Below are positions 54,355-64,000 of a DNA stretch of 64,000 bases, piece by piece. Source of the stretch: Oopsacas minuta (Eukaryota; Animalia; Porifera); the NCBI GenBank assembly GCA_024704765.1, contig JAKMXF010000099.1, positions 610,419 to 674,418 of the forward strand. The letters are read 5' to 3'. The notes under the pieces were generated by a model. It had not been told where the DNA came from and ran no database searches. It saw only the letters and a program-made list of their open reading frames with translations. A program made the translations under genes and the position numbers. Positions within the stretch are counted from its first letter, which is position 1. Every line of letters starts with the position of its first letter.

Positions 54355-56648
54355 CACAGCCCTGCGGAAAAAAAAATTTTATTTGCTGATTGTTATTGCA
54401 AAACATGTTCTAATCCACATTTTAATACTGATTTTGAATAATTTTGTAAAATATACGTATCACGTCTAGTTTTTTTGCAAAATTATTTTTAAATACTGGT
54501 ATATTTATCGATGAATGCATGAACCTCTACAAGTAAAATAGTGAAAATCTGCCATTTATAAATTTTTATTGATAATATAATCTTAGTTAATAAATAATTT
54601 GAATATATTAGTCTGAATCAGGAGTAAATTTCCGTTTTTTTGACATTCTAGCATGAATAACATCAATACAATCTCTCTTGAGGCACCAGCAGTAATCAGC
54701 CATCATATGAACGTCCCACCTCCCCTGATATCGTGTTTCCATTGTTTTTATGTCTTGGTGGAATCGTTCACCTTGCTCCTCGGAAACAGCTCCAAGATTC
54801 TCTGGAAAATAGTCAATATGACTGTGAAGAAAGTGAACTTTTACACTCATATTGCAGCCGAGATTCTTGTAAGATTCAATCAACTCATTCACAAGTATTT
54901 TATAATTAGGAGATTTCGTATTTCCCAAGAAGTTTTTCATGACATCTACAAATGCATTCCATGCACATTTTTCTTTGCATATCATAGAATTTGAAAAATT
55001 ATCATCTCGAACAAGTTGTCTTATCTGAGGACCGTCGAATATACCGGCTTTTCTTTTTTCATCACTTAGGTAGTAAAATTTCTCGGTAATATATTTGAAA
55101 CAATTTCCTTCTTTATCTAATGCCCTTACAAACTGTTTCATCAATCCTAATTTTATATGAAGTGGTGGAAGCAAAATCTTGAGAGGATCCACTAGAGGCT
55201 CGTGAATAATGTTCTTATCTCCAACATTAAGATTGGTTCTAGCTGGCCAGCTCTGTCTAGAATAGTGTTCGCTCTTTGCACGACTGTCCCATAAGCATAA
55301 AAAACAAGGGTATTTTGTATATCCTGATTGCTGTCCCAAAAGAATGCATATGATTTTTAAGTCACCACAGATTACCCAATTGTGCTGGTTATAATTAATT
55401 TTATGAAGCACAATTTTCATGTTATCATATCGTTCCTTTAAACTTACTGAATGTCCAATTGGTATGGAACTAAATTTGTTGCCATTATGAAGTAGAACAC
55501 ATTTCAAACTTTGTTTTGAACTATCAATAAAGAGTCTCCGATCATTAGGTACATACGGACATCCAAGAGCATTAACTAGCGGTGAAACATCATGACAAAA
55601 CACAAATCCGTCTTCCATTATGAAATATTTCAAAAATTCGATCTCTCTGTTCCTATATGAGTAAAATTTTGTTTCTGGGAGAAGCAAGTTTTTTTCTTTT
55701 AGCCTAGAACCTAACAACTCCGCAGATTCTTAGGTAAATCTAAATCAAGTACCAAATCATTTAATTCAGACTGATTAAATAACTGTGGAGAATTAGAACG
55801 AGATAATACACACGGAATAAAATCCTCATCTTCTCTAATTAATGAATCTCTAGTTTCACAATCATCAATTTCCGAGATAACATCCAAATTAGTAAATTTT
55901 GGAACAGGTACATCAATAGAATGGGGAACGGGTCGTATTGCTGAATGTAAATTTGGATACTTGATCAATGACTTGGTTTTAGCATTGAATCCGGAAATAT
56001 TCGCCATACAAAAGTAACAATCGCTAATGTGATTTTGTGGCTCTCTCCATATCATTGGAATTCCAAAACTTAAACTCTTTCTGATTCCTTTTGTCCATTG
56101 TCTCAAATTTTCTACACAAGATCGGCACACTGTATGTGGAGCCCATGTTTTGTCTTGATCACCTAATCTCATTCCAAATTATTCTAAATATGCTTTTTTA
56201 ACAAATCCTGTTATTGTCGTAGTTTGTTTAGAAGTCATAAAACTCCCACAAATATAACAAAAGACGTCTGGATCATTACTGCACCTTCTCCGATAAGCCA
56301 TATGATAATAAAATATCAAAATAGTAGACTATAGTACAATAAAGCTGTATATAACAAAAATAAAAATAAAACAAATTATGTAGAAAAGAATGGAGTTAAA
56401 GGGACTAATTAGAAAATGCAATAAAGCACGCATCTGTTTATTTCAAAAGACAAAAATTCACACATGTATCAAATATAATCATTTATTCTAGGGAAGTGTA
56501 CTTAAAAAAATCGACTTACATTAAAATGACATTTGAGTAAAAACGAGACGTGATAGGGGAATTCTGATGACAGATTGAGAATCAGCATACTCAAGTTAAC
56601 TAAAAACAACCCATGGATAATAATCAGCAAATTTGACGCAGGGCAGTG
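54355..56648 (-). mobile_element. Chapaev3-like (CMC) DNA transposon
   Basis: TIR CACAGCCCTGCG / (rc) CACTGCCCTGCG with shared ATTTGCTGATT; 3-bp target TAA (left copy TAC); inserted in the mariner HDNA motif. Confidence 0.85.
54608..56301 (-). pseudogene. Chapaev3-like transposase with one stop and one frameshift
   Basis: ATG 56301 (RCSNDPDVFCYICG), LGDQDKTWAPHTVCRSC, DCYFC, GSRLKEKNLL, LPPLHIKLGLMKQFV and GAVSEEQGERFHQDI; 369-aa C-terminal part uninterrupted. Confidence 0.88.
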
Positions 56649-57313
56649 TAATGCATCATCGCATACGGCAATCAGAACTTGTGAGTTTTGGAAAGTTCTA
56701 GACTCAAAACATTACCTCACCCACCCTACTGTCCTGATTTAGCCCCTGGCGACTTCTGGTTATTCCCTAGACTCAAAGATAAATTACGTGGGAAGAGATT
56801 TCCGACTAATGAGGAGTTGAGAGGGGCACTTTTCCAAACGATCGGAGGCATACCCAAAGAGCGCAAATAATGTTTTGATAATTGGTTTACCAGAATGAAA
56901 ATTGTATAGATTGTCAGGGAGAGTATTTTGAAAAATGTAATAGTCAAATTTATAATTACTATCTGATATGTCGGTCAAAGTCAAACTTTTCGATTGTCCC
57001 TCGTATGTATATACCTCAACAAGTTGGCATTGAAACGAATTTTGGGATCGATATTCGTAATCAACTAAATATTTACGTCGTTTAAGTGGTCACTCAAAAA
57101 TGTACTGTATTACTTTTCCATAGCAACGCATGAATTTCTCTGGAATGTTACAACATTCCATCCTCAAATTTTGTCCTAAACTTGTCGAGTAACCAATTTT
57201 TCGTCCCCCTAGGCTATCTGAGTCTACCCAAACTGTGTACCTAATTATGTGATTTGCCCAACTTGTAACAGCTTCAGCACTAACTTCCCAGACTTAATGA
57301 AGAATTAGTATGA

Positions 57314-60300
57314 CCGTGACCTACGCAATATAAGGCCTGACTGTTCATTGGGACCATGGATTACTTAAAGTGCATACATTGAATATGATATGTTGAGATT
57401 AATACCATTGTTTTTTGACAATATTCGTACCAAATGGTTGATAGAAGGTAATCATATTTTACACTACTCAACAAAAATTGTATAAACAAAGAAAGAAGAA
57501 ATGCTAGGACAACAAAAAGACTGCCAACAGCAAAATTACTAATTATTTTGATTTGAATTTGGTGTATTTACGAGAGTTATGCGAGCTTTTAGTTGATGTC
57601 CTTTTCAACGAATTCATGTTCTTCACTTTGTTAGCTAGGATACAGTTGGTTGCTGAAAAAATAATATTCTTTAAGATATTCCATCCTATTGTGTCACAAG
57701 TAGGGCATTTGTTTCTCCAAAACTCAGTTTCATTACTCTCGATTACATTTAATGTTAAGGAAACTAAGATCTTCCGAGATGGACTTGTTATAAAGAGATT
57801 GAAGAGACTAGAATCCATTTCGATTCTGGAGTAGAACTTCCAACTGCTTCAAGTACTGGAACTGAAGGCCACTTAAGGCCTCCTCTGTCAATCGAACATA
57901 TTAAACCATAGACGGGATCAGTTACATCTAATTCGAGAGTATCTTCCTCAACAAGACTTGACAAACACTGAGAGCAAATACTGCTCACTTCTTCTGTATC
58001 TCTTACGCCAGAAGAGTGAGTAATACCTCGCTTAGAATAGAAAGCACTTTTGAAGATGGAATGAACACAGTAACCGGAAATAAAGGATAAAGATTGAATG
58101 AAAGAAGTATTGAGTATGATTGGTGTCTCCTCTTCATTGTACACTCTGTTATAGGGGTCCAAATTGGCTATATTGTAATCGCTAGATTCTTCAGAGATTG
58201 CAAATGACTTTAAAAATTCTTTTAATGAGATTGAGCTCTCACCCGGAGTACTAGAGGAGAACAACTCCAGAATTGCAGAAATCTTAATTAGTCTCTCACT
58301 TTGCAAAATTTGGAAAAATGTAACATTGTACTAGCACCGCTCATCATTCGGTATATCCCCAAGTGATGTTCAATTGGGTCGTTTTGAAGGAAAGAATTAA
58401 GAACATAGGCAAAACCACAGTTTTTGGTAAGATGGTTAACTATCCCCTCAAGGACAATACACGAATGGCGAAAACTGGTAAAGGTTTGCGCAGTGAGTTT
58501 TCCTTTTCCCTGCTTTGGGGTAAAGTTCTCCATTCATCAAGCCATTTCACAACATCTGAAAGAAATACAAACCGAATGTCATTACTCTGTAGTGGCATAG
58601 AAAGCTCGTCATTTAGACGGATGTCTTTATTAGGTCTATTAATGTTAAAGATCTTCCATACCTTACAAATAAGGCTAATGAACTGAGCTGTTTCTGAAAC
58701 TTGACCATATTTAGAACCATGGACTGTTAAAGCTGCAGAGGTTGAGTCGTCAAATATGCGAAGTGCTAAATTGACATTCTGTGTTTCAAGGCTAGATGGC
58801 CAGCAAGATTTTGCTGTTAATCGGTGGGCTGTTTTAGCGACAGAACTTTGCTCAAGTTTAAAGAGATTCTGAAGGTCTTGAAATGCTACCTTTAAAGTAT
58901 ATTCGCAAGATACAAATGAAGGACAGCTAAACGTGTGATTAGAATCGATTTGATTTATCCAATTATCTTACTGTTTTGATGATGTGGACAAAGTCAAAGA
59001 TAAGATACAGAGGTCTACAAGTGCCTAATGCGTGAGGTACACAGGTTTCAAGATTGGAAGTAGGGGACAGTAACTTAAACAGATTCACATTCAGAGGGTA
59101 GTTATTTGTACAAATAACTTGAATTTGAAGATTGCAACTTTCTATATCCTTGATCACTTCATGTAAAATAGGTAATATTTGAGCAGCAGAAGATTTTGCA
59201 CAAGGTAGGAGTCGTACAATTGTAGACCATTTTTTGCATAAACTTGATATCATAAATGCTAGAACTGTATTGGTTGCTTCGTTCTGTGTAGTCGAAGAGC
59301 CGAGTATTCTCCCACCTGTGTAAGAAAACTCTGATTTGACATGTATTTCATCCATATGTAATGTAGCATTCCTTTCTTGGTTATTGAAATTAGCAGTAGA
59401 AGTTTTCAAATATGTTTGCAACTCACACTTTAAGCATATAGTCCCATAAAGACTATGGAGAGTTGTTGGGTGGGGAAATATTAAACATTTCAAAGACTGT
59501 AAGTAGCTGTAGTACTTAGAAGATATCAAATGAGATTTTAGAGCTAGCACCATTGTAACAATTGTACAGTCTTCGATTTTAGGAATTAGTGTATTCTCAA
59601 GCTGACACAGTAGAAATTTTAACTGGGGTAACAATTCTGAATATTTCTCTAGCATATCGTTCGAAGTTCCTATCTTTGAAATCGTACTTTCAATGTTAGA
59701 AGTAGCTTGGCGAATACAGTTTTCAACAGGGTCCTTAGTGTATGCAAAAACCTCGCTGATGATGGTATAGATTTCTCAAATATCACTGGGATTGTGTATT
59801 GCGAGAGGAATTTGAATGTTTTGACAGAAGCCTGTAGGTGTTAAGGAGTCATTAATTGAAACATATGCTGGAATATATATATATGTTTGTCTTTTGACAG
59901 CTTTAGCAAGTTAATAGACGTGTCATCTGAAACCCATTTAACCCAAGAAGAAGGTATTTCAAATTCTTCGAGTTTACATTTTAGCTCTCCTAATGATTTG
60001 ACACCGAACTTACGATCCTCAGCTTTATGAAGATCAAGGCTCTGCTCTAAGGCTTGAAAGAACAATTTACTCTCGATCTTCCCACGATCTAAACGTTCAG
60101 GCTTCGGAGATGGTGAGCTCAGATACTTGGGACAACTGGGAAGAAGACAAGGTAAAGCGTTCTTATGTGGAGTTGGTCGCCGAGAAAATTTTGTTATGAG
60201 CCATCAGGCTGAGGCATATCCATTTCAGTGATGACATCTTCAGTACGAAAGTGATTAGAGCAAACAAATACGCTTTTTAGATCTTCAATATCCTCCCTGT

Positions 60301-60678
60301 GCAGAGTGCGTAGCCATTTTTCTCTAAGTTCAGAGTTTGAGGGTAATCTGAATACTGGTGTATATGGCTCCACTGAATAATTACTCCGACATCCAGGTGT
60401 AGAGCAAGTGTTAGGCATCAAGGCTAATCAGTGATGAAACAGAATTGCATAAAGAGATAAAATGGAAAATCCTAAATAATGAAAGGGTTGGGCATATGAT
60501 CTCGAACTAATAGTATATATAGCAAGATGTGAGAAGTGATTAAAACAGAATTTCAGCAATTCAGATAATGTCAATTTTGCATGTTATAATTATGCGTAAA
60601 TTACAAAATGCACTTTAAGTAATCCATGGTAGGTAATTCTATGCACAATAGTCAGGCCTTATATTACGTAGGTCACGG
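57314..60678 (-). mobile_element. P-element / THAP9-like transposon, degraded
   Basis: THAP domain 60194-60421 (CSTPGC..FRLP..KW..VCSNHF), LHMDEIHVK, FDFVHIIK and LQNDPIEHH. Inverted repeats CCGTGACCTACG(C/T)AATATAAGGCCTGACT..CCATGGATTACTTAAAGTGCAT at about 57314-57372 and 60609-60678; no TSD seen. Confidence 0.88.
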
Positions 60679-60766
60679 TATGACAAATTTGCGACGTCAT
60701 TGGGAATGAATAGGCATGATATTTATGCATTATCGAATATCGGGAATGCATCACTCAAGATTTGGG

Positions 60767-62220
60767 CACAGTGGGAACACATGGCAGATTAAGGTAAAAA
60801 TTTTCATACTCAAAACTCTAAGAAAAGCTTATTTCTGAATTCATCATAGTTGAAAACATAAAATTGTGTATTTAGATACGTAATTTAGCTTGCTCATGAC
60901 TGTGCTATGTGCACATAGTAAAGTGAATATTCTCATGATATTGAAGAATGTTAGTCATTATAATAATAGCTACTTTCAAAGTCTTTTTCTAAGGTTAGTT
61001 GGAGTGCAACATTCAAGTTTAGTTTATAATGTAATCAATATAGTTTTTCTATAATCGTAGAAAAAGGTTTGGGTACTTTCTGTTACAAAACATTCTACAA
61101 AGACAATTATTATCTAAGTACTAAATATAGAATATATTGGAATGAACGAATTTGAAATTGATCCAAACCTTTTCGAGGGCACTCGAGGTACATGTTTTTA
61201 TGGCTGAAACAGTTAGAGAAGATGTTGGCCTTCAAGATTTTACTAGATATAGGGCAGCGAAACGTAGTGACCGTGACTATAACACCAACGAAAAAAATGC
61301 TAGGTTTATTTTTCGGACAAATGTCCCCTTCTAGAGGAATTTTAAAATTTATATTTATTTGCTAATTAGCTAATCTGAAGATTGAAATGCACTTATGTAA
61401 TTGAAATACCAAATACTATTATCTAGAAACAACTTTTATCCTGAAAATCAGTTTATTCCAAGGATAAATTTTGAAAAATGTATGGAAAATGACCTAATAT
61501 CCTTCTATTCCATTTCAATATCTGATGAAATTTTCATTTTTCATGCCCTCTTCATAGTTATTTGTGTGTCTTTCGCTGGTTTATGCTATTGACATATCAT
61601 ATGGATGGCGGAATGAAGCAATGGCTGCCTTCAGATCATCAAGTTAAAACTTCAATGCATCGAAGCGTAATCTCTTGCTTGAGAAGACTGGGTTTTAAAT
61701 AGATTATCCATCCAGTGATGGCAGTACCACTATCACAGTTAATATATCAAGAAAATGTTTTCTCAATGAAAATAATTTATTGCTACTGGTACATCCACGA
61801 TGATAGAGGAAGACCGACTTGCTCTTAGCACTATTCACACAACCATCTCAGTAATATTGCGGTCCTATATTTCTCATAAGAAGATAGATACTGATAAACT
61901 CTACTCCATTTGCAAAGATACTTATGAGGAAATACTTCGTAAATTTCCTTGGACAACATAACACCGTCTCTTCATAAATTACTTGCATACTCTTCAGAAT
62001 TAATCAGTGATTTCAATTACGGTTTCGGATTGAAGCCTTCATCTGAAGAATACCTGGATTTGTAAACAAATATATGAGAAGATATAAGGAGAGCTTACTC
62101 GTACATGTTCTTTTGAAGACAATGTAAGTAACATCTTCGTTAGACCCTTGAGTCAGAGTGATCCTATCCTTGCTCAATAACCGGAAATATCAGAGGTCGA
62201 AATGAAATAAATCAATTATC
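60767..62220 (+). mobile_element. Third Transib / RAG1-like element, internally deleted, right end not found
   Basis: CACAGTGGG at 60767; about 61535-62180 encodes CPLHSYLCVFRWFM..CKDTYEE..FPW..ITPSLHKLLAYSSELI..SEEYL..NKYMRRY with frameshifts. Link between the heptamer and the coding fragment is inferred. Confidence 0.72.
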
Positions 62221-62221
62221 T

Positions 62222-64000
62222 TGTTTTGCAGAAATTGATCTCCCCTATAAAACTGGTCTGGGGGGACCAGTTCCTGCAAATTTCAAATTTAATGTAGAAT
62301 TTGGTCCCCCTGTTTATCACTGATTGTGTTTGAATTTCGGTTAACACCGCACTTTTATAGATTCCTCAAATAATTCTTCATGTAATTAGCGACCTTTATA
62401 TGACTTCAAAATTATTCTCATATTCATGTTGGATGAGTGAGCATACAACTGCTAGTTATACATACAAGGTTATGACTCATATTATTGATAGAAACGTTAA
62501 TTTTTGTAATCGAAAATATTTCATCACAATATTTATTCTAACTACTATTCGTGATACCATTGGCAAACCTAATTGATCCACATGAATACGATGCAATAGA
62601 AAATTATCTTAGGTTCCAATCGTACCCCTTGGGCTCAAACAAGAATGCAAAAAGGGTATTACGGAAGAAATTCTCTAAGTACTCCATAAAATCAGATCAA
62701 TTGGTTGAGCTATCTGGAAGTACTTTTTTGCTTAGCGTTAAAGCTAGTCAAGTATCTGATATTTTAGAAGAAATTCATGACAAGGCAGGCCACCAGTGTT
62801 CAAGATAATCATATAGGATTGCAAGTGAGAGATATTATTGGCCGATAATGTATTCAGACATATATCTATATGTAAAGAATTGTGTAGCGTGTCAAAAGAA
62901 CCAACCTAGTTTAAAAGCACCAACTATGCCTTTGCTACCCCTCCCAGTGATAACAAGGTATGGTTTAGAGTTGGTATGGATCTAACTGGACCACTGATCG
63001 AATCACAAGGATACTTATATATACTGACTTTTATAGACCATTTCACTAAATGGATCGAAACCCGCCCCCTAAAATCGAAAAACGCGAAAGATGTGGCTAC
63101 AGATATATTTTTGATATATTGTTGACAAGGTGCCCCAGTCCAAATCATAAGTGATAACGGAACGGAATTTACGAACAATATTTCTAAAGCCCTTCAAGAA
63201 ATACACGGTTGTGAGTTAATATTTTCTGCTCCATACCATCCTCAAACGAATGGTCTAGTCGAATCTACCCACAAAGCTATAAAAGGTTCTTTAATGAGAT
63301 CAATGACTGATAAGAGGGAAGATTGGTCATATTATTTGGAACAAGTCACATATTCCATAAATATTCGTCCACGAAAGAACTCAATACTCAGCTTTTGAAT
63401 TAGTGCATGGCTGCCGGAAACCACGCCTCCCAATCGAAGCTGAAAGTCTATCTTTTCTTTATCCTGATGTCAATTTTGGGAATACATCAGATGAAAATGA
63501 CAACAATAACGACTTGATGATCTAGTACTAGCCATGAAAAGGGATCAACAAGAATCATTCTCTCATGCTGGTGAAAACCTTATCAATTCGAAGAAAAGAA
63601 TGAAAAGACAATACGACAAAAAGGTTAATCCGATCGCTACACAATTTGCAGTCGATGACGATGTACTCATAGAGAACATGTGCAGGAAGAAAAGCAAAGG
63701 AGGAAAGTTACAGGATAAATGGATTGGTCCATATCCAATCAAAGAAGTTTCTAGAAGTACAGTGCAAGTTTGCAAAGACAAAGCTTTAATCCGTGTGAAG
63801 AAAGCTAAGGCTAAACTCTGGAGAAGTACCCCTAATTATGATGACACATCCTCAAGCAAAAGTATCAGAAAAGTGCCCGAAAATCGCGTCTTATCGTTCA
63901 AGAAGGATGGCTCGCCCACATCCATAACGTCTGAAGCATCAAAAATAGTTGGACCTACATCACAGGAACAAGAGAATAACACACAGCGACAAGAGGTTAT
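62222..64000 (+). mobile_element. Gypsy-integrase-type element, probably Ginger1-like DNA transposon (runs off the window)
   Basis: From about 62551: NYLRFQSYP, IHDKAGH..CVAC (HHCC), MDLTGP, ISDNGTEF, YHPQTNGLVE and KWIGPY (GPY/F). No RT or RNase H upstream. Left boundary (TGT at 62222) is tentative. Confidence 0.75.

Larger units (their letters stand above)
50851..57003 (+). mobile_element. mariner element split by two independent insertions
   Basis: TIR CGAAGGGCATTCGAAAAGTTT / AAACTTTTCGATTGTCCCTCG with TA flanks. Coding pieces about 50948-51660 (RWIPHSL, TGGETLIY), 54282-54354 and 56649-56940 (HPPYCPDLAPGDFWLF). Confidence 0.9.

Overview
AT-rich eukaryotic (metazoan) DNA made almost entirely of decayed, nested transposons. 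I can delimit Tc1, maT/DD37D, mariner, MULE, Merlin/IS1595-like, hAT, Chapaev3-like, P/THAP, Transib/RAG1-like and Ginger-like elements, plus a LINE remnant and several MITEs, many by their terminal inverted repeats (TIRs) and target-site duplications (TSDs). The only clear host coding sequence is one receptor tyrosine kinase exon (TM plus kinase subdomains I-II, about 33.8-34.1 kb). Two things stand out. (i) Three divergent RAG1-core-like (Transib-type) elements with RSS-heptamer-like ends; two are end-to-end with 5-bp TSDs and none carries a visible RAG2-like gene. (ii) A MULE (12942-17573, exact 9-bp TSD) whose interior is a ~2.7-kb fold-back palindrome of its own dead transposase with a 2-nt loop, resembling the maize Mu killer silencing locus. 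A RING-finger-bearing MULE is also present. All assignments come from reading motifs by eye; no database search or alignment was run, and the species is unknown.
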